DNA of 63,072 bases, filler included, from Kipferlia bialata (Eukaryota): the NCBI GenBank assembly GCA_003568945.1. It is 6 parts of 6 records of this genome, joined end to end, with 100 filler letters (N's around TTAATTAATTAA, not from the genome) between each part and the next. Parts side by side here need not be neighbours in the genome. Positions count along the whole stretch, not along the records: positions 34,127 to 45,385 come from BDIP01001262.1; positions 45,486 to 56,743 come from BDIP01001263.1; 4 more parts are not named here. One strand, written 5' to 3'. The notes below the pieces were generated by a model. It made no database searches. It had not been told where the DNA came from and worked only from the letters and a program-made list of their open reading frames with translations. Positions 40,471-53,809 of this stretch are shown in pieces (within the stretch, counting starts at the first letter, position 1; every line of letters starts with the position of its first letter). The translations under genes were made by a program, and so were the position numbers.

Positions 40471-41777
40471 TCTCTCTCCCCCCCCCCTCTCTTTGGGTGC
40501 TTTTGAATTGCTATGCTACTATGTGTCCTTACTGTAGCACTGAGGTCATCACCCTCATCAACCTCTCTCTCTCTCTCTCTATACCCCCCCTCTCTCTCTT
40601 AACCCAGTACTGAGGTGACTACCCTCATCAACACCGAGACCAATTCTGTGCTGGTGCCACTCATGGATGACATACTAAGGTACAGAATATATTGTATTGG
40701 ATTATCTATATAGTATATTTAGTATATACTGGTACGATTGTAGTGAGTCTCTCTCCCTCCCTCTAAACCCCGTTTACCATTTAGGACACCTATGACGCTT
40801 CTAGGTGCCGCCTCTCTCCCTGCCCCCCCTCCTCTCTCTGCCTCTCTCTCTCTCTCGCGACCCACCTCGGGCGGGAAGCAGAGAGAGAGTTCCTATGGTT
40901 CCAATAGTGGCTACAGTGCCTATAGACAGCAACACAACCAGAGGGAGAGGGAGAGAGAGAGACAGAGTGCATATGCCCTGCCTCAGATGCCCAACACTGC
41001 ACCTACCCGGTACAAGAGACAGTCGGGGGCAGAGAGAGGGAGAGAGAGAGAAGGAGGGCCAGAGGGTACCAGAAGGGCCATCTCAGTGCATGCTCCTGCC
41101 CTGAGGACAGAGCCAGGGTGAGTGCCTATATATATAACCCATTACCCAAATAGTACGGTGTCCGTATAGTCCACATCGACATCCTCTCTCTCTCTCTCTC
41201 TCTCTCTAACATTAGGTCTTCAAGTGGCTTTGTCCCTGTACGCACTGCGACTATCAGACCCAGTGCCGGTGGTACTGGCTCCCACTCCATATACATGTCT
41301 AGCCTTCCCTCCACAGGGGGTGAGAGAGAGGGCAGGGAGAGGCAGAGACTGCCAACACAACATGCAGTGAGGTGGGTGATTGTCACTAACTACATTTGTG
41401 CTTTTGGCTTTTTATTAGCGCGTCTCATCATATACATGTGTTCTCTCTCTCCCTCTCTCTCTCTAACCCTAGGCGCAGGGCCACCTCCACCCCAAGTGAC
41501 TCAGTGGTACATGACTCTCTCTCTCTCTCTCTCTCTACACCCTTTATTCACTCTAGGCGCCGGGCCATTTCCACCCCCAGTGATTCAATGGTACATGACA
41601 CCATTATACAGGGAGAGACAGAGGGAGAGAGGGGCTCTAGCGGCATAGCCAAGGGCGTTGAAGTGATATCAGGTGTGTTAAATATATTTGTATATATATA
41701 TATATATGTTTAGTCTAGCGGCATAGCCAAGGGCGTTGACGTGATATCAGGCATGTATACAGATATATATGATATAA

Positions 41778-41811
<34 letters not shown>

Positions 41812-42579
41812 ATGTATTGCTGATGTCAGGCATCTTGGGTGTGGAGAGACAGAGATGTCAGGCATGTATAGATACATATTTAGTGGATTTATGTATATAC
41901 ATATACATATATATTCATGACATCAGGCATGGTGTATATATATACATGTATGTGATATATATATATATATATATAATGCTGACATCAGGCATCCTAGGTG
42001 TGGGTAGAGACAGAGATGTAAGGAGAGAGAGAGAGATCGGGAGAGAGGCACAGGGAGGCGGCTTCCCGCCCTCCCCACCACCCCCACCTGGGAGCAGAGG
42101 GGGAGAGAGAGAGAGAGCGACTAGTGGCAGCAGGGCATCTTCTAGGGAGAGGGAGAGAGAGAGGGAGAGAGAGACTGTGGTGACCAGGCCAGGCCTAGTC
42201 CTACCAACTGTCTCTGTCATATCGCTGTCATCCATACCCGCTGCTGGGAACACAGGGTATGGGGTACTATATATAGTAATTAGAGTATACAGTAATAGTA
42301 TATGGCATATTCTACAAATCTTGGTGCATTTCACATTGTATTTCGTTTGCTTCCTCTTCTTCCTTTTACTTCCTTTTACTTCTCTTCCTTTCACCCCTAG
42401 CTTTGTGGCCCCTGTCCGCAGAGCATCCTGTATATATATATATATATACATATATATAAATATTTATATGTATTATTCATATAGAGTACATAGTATATGC
42501 ATGATTCCTCTCACCCCTAGCTCTGTGGCCCCTGTCCGCAGAGCATCCCTTGTGGCCACTGGGTGAGTGTCTCTCTCTC

Positions 42580-42613
<34 letters not shown>

Positions 42614-43287
42614 CCTCTAGACCCTTATATCAGCTCCCAGTCCCACTCTGTGACTAGGGAGAGCAGTATGGACGGTGCATTCAATGTGCCATCCAAGTCA
42701 TACTCAGTGGACAGCCTCACAACTCAGCAGGTATGTATATGCCAATCTCTCTCGCTCCTATTGTTCTTCAATGCCACATATTCTTGGATCCAAAAGATGG
42801 TCGTATTCCCCAACGCGCTCTGTCTCTGTCTCTCCATATACTGTTACGTATTCTATTTGATGGTTTCTCACCCCCAGCAGCTCATTAGGGAGAGGGAGAG
42901 AGAGTGGGAGCTGGAGAAGCAGCGGGAGAGAGAGAGAGAGTGGGAGAGTGCCAAGGAAAGGGGCAAGAAGAGGGGTGTGAGGGGGTGGGTCGCCGTGGAC
43001 GCCAGTCCTAGTGGACCAGACACGGCACTCTCACCCGAGGTATCATATATATATATATAGTGTGTATATGTATAGTGTTTATGTATATTGTTGTGGGTCG
43101 CCGTGGACGCCAGTCCTAGTGGACCTGACAGCGCACTCTCACCCGAGGTAATCTCTCTCTGTCTCTCTCTCTTTACACCCTTATTCCTCCTCTCCTGAAT
43201 CTCTCTCTCTTACCCTCAGGCTGTGGCTGTCACACGTATCAGTGCACCTAGATACACCCATGCCGCATGTGCTCCACTGTACGTAGA

Positions 43288-43324
<37 letters not shown>

Positions 43325-43906
43325 GTATATATGTACTATACCAAGTATTATTAGTATATTAATGCATATATTGGTACTTATTCACCCATGCCGCATGTGC
43401 TCCACTGTACGTATGTATATATGTATATAGTATGCTACATACATGTGTACGTACACATTCTCTCTCTCGCTCTCTCGCTCTCAGTATTTATGAGTGGTTA
43501 TATATATGCTATTCCATATAGATACAGGTACTGATACAGGTACTGATACACCGACGCCGCATGTGTTCTTTCTCTTTCTCCCCTCACCCTAGTGCTGATC
43601 TTGCCTCTGTCGCCCGTACACTCCAGCAGGAGCAGATTGCCGAGACCGTACAGCAATCGGCAGCCGTTCAGCAAACGGGCTACTCCACTGATGTCCCTGA
43701 GAGGGAGAGAGGCATTGAGAGAGACGAGTACAAGAGATCAGCCTCTCTTATGGGGTCAGGTACTAATTGCCACTCATTACTCTGTATTATCTCTATCTCT
43801 GTACACCATTCATATATCACTAGTACTCACCCTAGTACCTAAGCCTCTGTGCGTACCCGAGGATGGAGAGAGAGAGGGAGAGGAAAGACCCAGCACTGCA
43901 GATTAA
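36228..43906 (+). CDS. Large multi-exon hypothetical protein with low-complexity C-terminal half (may be more than one gene)
   Basis: A first exon 36228-~36522, many short exons bounded by consensus splice sites, and a terminal exon ending ERPSTAD* at 43906. No family recognised. Confidence 0.45.
39708..40345 (+). repeat. Exon end + donor (CCACACACTCCATCCCACAGATAGC|GT) repeated six times, partly as a ~110-130-bp tandem array
   Basis: The true exon end is at ~39743; five downstream copies follow, three preceded by the same ATGACAATAGTTACCC flank. Confidence 0.9.
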
Positions 43907-44577
43907 GGGTGTAGCGAGAGAGAGAGCGTGAGCGAGTGTTAAAGTCTGCCGGAATTTTGGTAGTTTGACAGAGAGAGAGAGAGGATGTTTTTAGGCCCGA
44001 CGCCAGCTAGCGCCAGCCATTTGTTTGAGAGAGGGAGAGAGAGAGATGCTAATTGCACCAGTGTGGGTGTAAGTAGCTGGGGTCTCGACTCGATGTAGCA
44101 TTTAGAGAGAGAGAGAGAGAGAGAGTCTGTAGGATTTTTGCGTCAGGGTGTATACCCGCGCCACATACGGTCTATATAGGGTATCTAAGTATACCTTATA
44201 TATCTTGCGGTATCATCTCACTCGCCTATTCATTGATCTCTCTATGTAGAGAGAGAGAGAGAGAGAGAAGGATAGGGGGGAGATGGTACCGATATATCTA
44301 AACCGACCATTGAATGCCAATAGAGCACATATCTACTCTCGTGTACTTTGGTGGTGTCAACATTTAGACACATAGTCAGCGAGCTTTCAAGCCTACTACC
44401 CACAAGGAAAGAGAACTTCTTACATTTATATGGGAGTCTTCGATATCTAAGCAAGAGAGGAATTCTTCCCCTCATCCTTCCCTCTCTGTCTCCCTCTCTC
44501 TACGTCCCTTATTGAAAGACAATTTCTTACATTTATGAGACTCTGACCAAAGCAAACCCTCTCTCTCTCTGTCTCCC

Positions 44578-45228
44578 TTACTCCTCCAGTGCCCACACTA
44601 GGATGCTGCCGTCCTCAGACCCAGACACCACTCTGGGGTTATATGAGCTGTATATTACATACATAAGTATCAATACATATGTAGGAATTACCTGTCGCCA
44701 CTGACTGCCACACAGCTGATGCAGGCATACATATATGCATTATAATGATGGATGTATATATATTTATGATTAGTATATACCAGTCAGACACTGCATATAT
44801 GTATTGTATGTGTATAGTATACTACTATATATACTAATAAGAAACATATATACATATATGTACCTGTTTCCGCTGACTGCCACACAGCTGATGCAGGAGG
44901 CATGGCCCACATACTCACCTGGGGGTGAGTAGGTATAGAGTATATATACACACGCAAGCATATATATACATATATATACATATATACAGAGAGAGAGAGG
45001 GGGGGGGGGGAAGAGAGCGGTGTAAACGTACTCAGCGGCACTGGCCGCCCGAGTGCATATCAACAGCATATAGTATAATACAATATACAGCATATAGTAT
45101 AATACAATATATAGTATAATACAATATACAGCATATAGTATAATACAATATACAGTATAATGTATATATATATACACGTACCCAGCAGCACTGGCTGTCC
45201 GAGTGTCTCGCAGGACCACAGGGCAACC
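44578..45228 (-). CDS. WD40-repeat protein, 3' end only
   Basis: Spliced EYVGHASCISCVAVSG..VVSGSEDGSILVWALEE* is a canonical WD40 blade (GH...SGS.DG.I.VW). Confidence 0.8.
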
Positions 45229-45385
45229 TGGGGTTGGGGGTAGGATATGTATATACATATATACATATATATATATAGAGAGAGGGATCATCAATATATC
45301 ACAGGGCAACCTGGGGTTAGAATGGACATTAAGGGGGGGGGGGGCGTCAGTGACTGAACACACTATACACTCTACATACCTGCGT

Positions 45386-45485
45386 NNNNNNNNNNNNNNN
45401 NNNNNNNNNNNNNNNNNNNNNNNNNNNNNTTAATTAATTAANNNNNNNNNNNNNNNNNNNNNNNNNNNNNNNNNNNNNNNNNNNN
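45386..45485. other. Artificial scaffold spacer
   Basis: 44N-TTAATTAATTAA-44N. Confidence 0.99.
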
Positions 45486-45673
45486 GCGGGAGGGGCGGCG
45501 GGGAGGGGGGGGGGGGGGGGGGGGAGAGACAGAGAGTATATCTCGTAGCAGGTATGTATATATAGGCTATATAGTACTATAGTATCAATATGAATACCTG
45601 ATAGGGTGCGATGCTGTCCTCGGGGCATGTCTTGCACTCGGTATATATACTAATGGCTATATATATATTACAA

Positions 45674-45705
<32 letters not shown>

Positions 45706-45809
45706 CATCCATACTGTACCTGGTATGGAGCAATGCTGTCCTCGGGGCATGTCTTGCACTCATATGATATGCAATATAGTATATACCTAATTATCTATAT
45801 ATATACTAC

Positions 45810-47244
45810 CTGATAGGGTGCGATGCTGTCCTCGGGGCATGTCTTGCACTCGGTGTCCTCAGCAGCGGCATAGTAGCCTAGAGAGTTAGTACCCACATTG
45901 TACACACTGAATTCATATATATATATATATGTAGAGAGTATAATAGGCAAATGAGCTGGTAACTATCATAACATCATCAGAACATTTAGCTTCTATGTAT
46001 ATATATACCATTATCCATACCCTTGGGACAGGACTGGCAGGTGTGGGTGAGCTCAGAGGGGGCAGTGCCTGGGGTCAATTAGATAGCCATCAACGAATAA
46101 TCCATAGAACAATAATGTTTATAGATGTATTAATAATAGTATTCAACCAATAATCCATATAACAATAATACTAATAAATGTATTAATATAACATGTGAGA
46201 TTCTAAATATTTTTTTGGAAATGTGAGCTCAGAGGGGGTAGTGCCTGGGGTCATTTATAATAGTATTCAACTAATAATCCATGAAACAATAATACAAATA
46301 GATGTATTTATATAATATGTGAGATTCTAAATAGTGGGTGAGCTCAGAGGGGGCAGTGCCTGGGATCAATAGAGAATAGTGAGGTATGGTATAGTATAGT
46401 GTAAACTAGATCAATGTCCTATACCTGCTGAGTATGGGGCACACAAAAAACTAAAACTATTTTGACTAAATGTTTTCTACTATTCAAATACACTATATTG
46501 CATGACAGATGCATACCTGCTGGGCATGGGACACACTCCCCCGCTGTCCTCATTAGCATATTATATATACACACTATAGGTATCTAATATAATATATATT
46601 ACACTATATTACAGTTATACTAACCTGCTGGGCATGGGACACACTCCCCCGCTGTCCTCATACCATCTGGTGTGGTATATATACACTATATATATAATAC
46701 ACCATATATAATAAAACAGTATATTACGGTTATACTTACCAGCGGGACATGGGACACACTCCCCTGCTGTCCTCATGCCATCTGGTGTGGTATCAGTGCC
46801 AGAGTCCAGGATGCGCTCGGCGTTGTCTAGGACAATAGAGACAACTAGGTATTAGGGGTGTAGAGAGAGAGAGAGAGTCAAGATGACCTCGGCATTGTCT
46901 AGCAGACAATTATACTGGAGAGGACAGTTGTAGAGTTGTACACCACCTGATACTAGTGTATCGTCTGGGTTAGTGATGTCCCCCAGCATGATGACACCAA
47001 TATATATATATATAAATATATATATATAATATACATACCATCTCTCTCTCTCTCTCTCTATCTATATATATACTATACTACCTGATACTAATGTATCGTC
47101 TGGGTTGGTGATGTCCCCCAGCATGATGACACTATATATATTTTTATATACTCTCTCTCTCTATATATATACATCACAAATACTATCATACCGGATACCA
47201 AAGTGTCGTCTGGATTAGTGATGTCCCCCAGCATGATGACACCA

Positions 47245-47279
<35 letters not shown>

Positions 47280-47395
47280 ATATACATACTATCTCTCTCC
47301 CTCTCTCTCTCTCTATATATATATACATCACATATACTATCATACCTGACACTAAGGTGTCATCTGGGTTTGTGATGTCCCCCAGCATGATGACA

Positions 47396-47432
<37 letters not shown>

Positions 47433-48349
47433 TCTCTCTCTCTCTCTATCTATACATATATATCATACCTGATACCAGTGTATCATCAGGGTTAGTGATG
47501 TCTCCTAGCATGATGACACCAATCTCCAGAAGGTGGGCACCAGCGTCATAGACAGAGGTAGTCTATTTGTGAGTATTTACATGATAATACACATCTATAC
47601 ACATATATATGTGCAATAATTATATCTAGGAGGTGGGTACCGGCATCATAGACTGAGGCAGTCTGACGGTTAGACATTGATTACTAGAGATGTATATACA
47701 TATATACTTATATAGATATGTATCATATATCAAGGAGGTGGGTACCAGCGTCATAGACTGAGGCAGTCTGAGGGTAAGACATTGATTATTAGGGATGTAT
47801 ATACATATATACTAATATATATGTATCATATATATATATATCATGGAGGTACCCGCGTCATAGACAGAGGCAGTCTGGGGGTAAGCAAGAAGACTAGGAA
47901 TAGTAACGAGATATATACCTCTGTGACCTCTCCCATCTTGTTTGAGTGAGCTGTGGCGTGTAGCATCTGCACTCCATCCACATAGGCAAACACATTGAGA
48001 CCGGCAGTGGCTGAGGTTAAGTGTCAGTATGTAATATGTACACTGTTTGTATGGTATGATCTCTGTTACCACCAGTGAATGGACAGGGTAGGTGTGGTGC
48101 ACATGTATATTCACAAAAAGACTATACACACATCAATGTATATATATATCACACCTGGCATGTCTATGGACAGTGTGAACAGTAATGGTAATATAGTTAT
48201 ATATATTTATATATGAAGCGTAAGTACTACAGTGTAGTGTATACCACATGTATATACAGTATATACCTGGCATGTCTATGGACAGTGTGAGTGAGGCCAG
48301 TGACACACTGGTCGAGAGGGGCAGGGAGAACCAGTTGTAGAGGCCTAGA

Positions 48350-48380
<31 letters not shown>

Positions 48381-48449
48381 TACACTGGTCGAGAGGGGCA
48401 GGGAGAACCAGTTGTAGAGACCTAAGGATGAGACAAATACTAATATATT

Positions 48450-48497
<48 letters not shown>

Positions 48498-51400
48498 TAG
48501 ACACTGGTGGACAGGGGCAGGGAGAACCAGTTGTAGAGGCCAAGGGGTGAGGAAAGGACAAATATAGAGGGAGATGGAGAGGGAAAGAGAGAGAGAGTTG
48601 GAGTACCAGTTGTACAGGGACATTAGGAGCATGTACATATTGAGAGGGCGGGAGGGAGAGTAAGAGAGATGGAGAGACAGAGGGAGAGAGACAGAGTACA
48701 TCTACAGGCATATATACGTTAGTTTGCAGTGCAAACTTTGCACGTTCTGTTTCAAAAATCCATATTTACACACACCTGATGACTGCAGGTACCCACTCCT
48801 CAGGGTGTCATTCATATATATACATAGATCCCCCCCCCCCCTCTCTCTCTATGTATACAATTATATACATATATGTACACATATGTATACATACCCGATG
48901 ACTGCAGGTACCCACTCCTCAGGGTGCCATACATATATACAAAGATCTCTCTCTGTATATATATACACACATATGTATATATTCATATGTATACACACCT
49001 GATGACTGCAGGTACCCACTCCTCAGGGTGTCATCGCCAATGACCCACTCAGAGCCTGGGGGGTTAGTAGGAATGGAACATGTACAGTCCGTGGTATTAG
49101 TGCTTCCGCTGTCTAAGAATGCTGGGAATGATGTATATATCCACCCCCACCCCATCTCCCTTTACATATACGTATATGTATGCATATACTTACCGAGAGG
49201 ATCGGTTGTGTTTGCGCTGCCCCCCTTCTGGGAATGTTGGGAATGAAGTATCTGCCTCCCTATATATATATATAATGTATGTATATACTAATCCAATGGA
49301 TCGGTTGTGTCTGTGCTCTATATATATATATATATATCCACTCACCAAGTGGATCAGTAGTATTGGTGCTTATCCCCTCTGGGAATGTTGGGAATGATGT
49401 ATAATCCCCCCAATATATATAAATATATACATATACATAGTATACCTAAGGGATCTGTTGTGTTTGTGCTGCCCCCCTCTGGGAATGTTGGGAATGATGC
49501 ATCTCTCTCTCTCCCTCTCTCTCTCTCTCTATATATATATATACAACACTATACTTACCCAATGGATCTGTTGTGTTTGTGCTGCCCCCCTCTGGGAATG
49601 TTGGGAATGATGCAGCTGCCTCCCTATATATATATATATAATGTATATATCCACTCACCAAGTGGATCTGTTGTGTTTGTGCTCCCCCCCTCTGGGAATG
49701 TTGGGAATGATGTGTAGGACAGGGTGGTGGCTGGGACATAGCCAGGCTGACAAGGACTACATTCCACTGCAGTGAGTATGAGTGTATAGTATATATATAT
49801 ATACACTATATATATTAGTATGAGAGGGTGGTGGCTGGGACATAGCCAGGCTGACAAGGACTGCATGCGACTGCAGTGAGAGAGAGTATAGTATACTATA
49901 TAAAGGATATTATATATATATATATATATATTAGTGTGAGATGGTGGTGGCTGGGACATAGCCAGGCTGGCAGGGGCTGCAAGCAACTGGAGAGTGAGAG
50001 TGAGTGTATAGAATATATATTAGTATAATATATATATAGGGGCTGCACTCAACTGTTGTCAGGTATATATACTTGTATAAATATGGGTACATACATATAC
50101 TATATATATAAGTATGAGAGGGTGGTGGCTGGGACATAGCCGGGCTGGCAGGGGCTACACTCAACTGAAGTAAGTGCATATGTATACAACTACAGCGTTC
50201 TTGTATATAACAATGCACTATGCATATATATAAGAAGCATCGACTGAAGGCGACTGCAGTGAAAGTAAGTATAACACTATATTACGGCATGTATCTCTGA
50301 ATCTAGATACTTGTAGATATACAGAGAGAAACATCCCCGTTCCATCACTGATGAGCCCAGCTGCACATACTGTGCACACACACAGATACATACAAATATA
50401 CAAGACATAAATACATGAATACGGCACTGCATATATATATATACCTGTGCCATCGCTGATGAGTCCTGCTGCGCATGCTGTGCACACACCACCTCCCACG
50501 TGCTCAGACCCAGGCTCGCAGCCTAGGGGGTTAGATATACTAAATGTTGACGATATAGTCACACAAATCCATGTCCAAAATTACCTGTGCCTGGCATAAT
50601 GAATACATCAATATATATACCGAAACACGCATATACCTGTGCATGGCACTGTGTATGCCTCCCCAGGCACATAGGCACCGGGGAGGGTGGCAGAGCAGAT
50701 GACTGGGGGTTAGAATTAACATACTCTACAAGGAATATATATATAGAGATATCCGTTGAATAGCAGATGATATATATACTTGAAGACCGTGTTGACACTC
50801 CACATTGTACTACCACGAACCTGGCTCTCTGAGCACGTGTATCACTGGTCTCAGAAGAGTGGTCATGTCACACTCGCCATAGCTGATAATTAGATATATA
50901 TAGAGAGAGAGAGAGAGAGAAAGAAAGAGAGACATAGAGAGAGAGAGAGAGTAAGGTGCGGTGAGGGGGGGGGGGATAGAGAGAGAGAGAGAGAGATATA
51001 CAGGGAGAGAGAGAGAGGGTAAGATGGGTGGTCATGTCACACTTGCCATAGCTGGCAATGAGGGGGGGATAGAGAGAGAGAGAGAGAGAGACATCCGAGG
51101 GTCTTGAGGGAGAGTGAGAGAGAGAGACGCATCTGATTAGTCTCTACTGTAACTGAGTATGTAGTCTCCATCTGAATACTATATATATATATAGAGAGAG
51201 AGATAGAGATAGTAATCTTCATGTACCTGAGTGTGTAGTCCCCCTCCACACAGGCCTCCATGTCCTTGCAGTGCGAGGCACCTGGGGGTTAGTTATATAT
51301 ATAAACATGTATGTACACATGTATGAAGTATGATTCATGCTAGACATATATATATATTCTTATATACACTACAGGCCTCCATGTCCTTGCAGTGCGAGGC

Positions 51401-51581
51401 ACCTGAGGGTTAGATATGTATATATATATACATTACGTATACAATATGTGTATGCATGATTCATGCTAAATATTTATACACATATACATATACATATATA
51501 TATATATTCATTACAGGACTCCATGTCCCTGCAGTGGGAGGCACCTGAGGATGAGATATGTATATATAATAATATATATAC

Positions 51582-51612
<31 letters not shown>

Positions 51613-52404
51613 TTTATATATATGTATAAATGTGTGTCTTATACACACATATTCTTATAACACAGGCCTCCTTGCAGTGCGAGGCACCTGAGGGTGAGTG
51701 ACATACGATATACAATACAACCACCTCTGAAAATAGGAGTCCAAGCATTATCTTATGGTATCCATATATACCACTATACTATGTGTGCCTGTGCAGGAGT
51801 ACTTGTTCTGCCTATATATTTAGCTGAGTTATCATTGATCTACCTTTCACACTATATATATATATATATATATATATATGAATGTGTCTCTTAGACATAT
51901 ACAATATTCATTCATATAATACACAAAATATATACAAAAACACATGTATCCCTACCTGTGAGGGAGTACTCGTTCTCTCCACAGTCAGTGGGGGCAGCAG
52001 AGCCTGGGGTTAAGAGAGAGGACGAAATGAGGAGAGCATTGCAACACTCAGCATCTAATTGTATATAATAATGGCAAAGTAATATAAAAATACTGATACT
52101 GATCTATACACTCAAAATACCTGCAGTTGACCACGTGTTGTCTGGGTTGTTGATGCAGTGGGCACCGTCGGGTATATACATGTATATATATATTATACAC
52201 TAAGCACTATCTATCTATCTATATATACATACACATACCAGCGGTAGACCACGTGTTGTCTGTGTTGTTGATGCAGTGGGCACCACTAGTATATACACAC
52301 AGTATACCATGTACAGTATATAATGTATATATGTATACACACAAAGTATATACCAGCTGTTGACCAGGTGTTGTCTGGGTTGTTGATGCAGTGGGCACCG
52401 TCGG

Positions 52405-52437
<33 letters not shown>

Positions 52438-53531
52438 CTATATACTAAGTACTATCTATCTATCTATCTATCTATCTATATATACACACTAAGTATATAC
52501 CTGCCGTTGACCACGTGTTGTCTGGGTTGTTGATGCAGTGGGCACCGTCGGGGGTGTAGTGACCGGTGGGGCACTCTGAGGATGAGATAGAGAAAGGGGG
52601 GGCGGGGGGGAGAAAGAGAGATATTGGGAGAGAGAATGACAGGTGGACAATACCTGTGCACTTGAGGTCGAAGACACTGCTCCCACTCATCTCAATCAGT
52701 CTGATGGCCACAAACTCATCAGCGGTGGCAGCCTGATATTAGAAGATAGATACGTAGAAAGATAGGCATATAGAGACGTCCATACCTCAGTGTCCTTTGA
52801 GTAACCCCACTGGATATACATGCTATACTATCTGCACCTATTTAGAACCTAATACAATCATATACATATGTATGCATACCTCAGTGTCCTATGAGTACAC
52901 CCACTGAAGGAAATTACGTATATATACACTGCCATATATATGGAGTAGCATATATTAGTATATATATACAACATACCTCAGTGTCCTTTGAGTACACCCA
53001 CTGGATGCTGTGGAGACCAGGGTCCAGAGAGGCCTCGCCAAGTCTGACTTTAAGGGTGTAGAGAGAGAGAGAGAGAAGTTCAGGGTCAAGAGAGGCCTCG
53101 CCAAGTCTGACATTAAGGGTGTAGAGAGAGAGAGAGAGAGAGAAGTCCAGGGTCCAGAGAGGCCTCGCNNNNNNNNNNNAGAGAGAGAGAGAGAGAGAAG
53201 TCCAGGGTCCAGAGAGGCCTCGCCAAGTCTGACATTAAGGGTATAGAGAGAGAGAGAGAGAGAGAGGTGCAGGGTCCAGAGAGGCCTAGCCAAGTCTGAC
53301 ATTAAGGGTGTAGACAGAGAGAGAGAGAGAGAGAGAGAGTCTCCCCATATGTTCATATACTCATATACTCATACCTCCACCCATTGTATGAGCAAGTCTC
53401 CTCGTAGAGCACAGTCTCTAAACATACTGATTCATATATACATATATATATATATACAAATGTACCTCCACCCACTGTATGAGCATGTCTCCTCATAGAG
53501 CACAGACTCTAAACATACTCATATATACTAC

Positions 53532-53575
<44 letters not shown>

Positions 53576-53765
53576 CCTCCACCCACTGTATGAGCATGTC
53601 TCCTCATAGAGAACAGTCTCCCCATCAACAATGAGGGACAGGGAGTCAAAGAGAGGCTCACCCTTGGCAACAAACCTGAATATTAGGGGTGTAGAGAGAG
53701 AGAGAGAGAGAGACAGGGAGTCAAAGAGAGGCTCACCCTTGGCCACAAACCTGAATATTTGGGGT

Positions 53766-53809
<44 letters not shown>

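Noticed and set aside
46947..47523. CRISPR-like repeat-spacer appearance
   Set aside because: The repeats are exon fragments with splice sites, the spacers are low-complexity microsatellites, the context is eukaryotic, and no cas genes are present.
49085..50170. Dscam-style mutually exclusive exon cluster
   Set aside because: Each copy has only one splice site (acceptor or donor) and covers about half the exon. Some copies elsewhere carry stops or indels.
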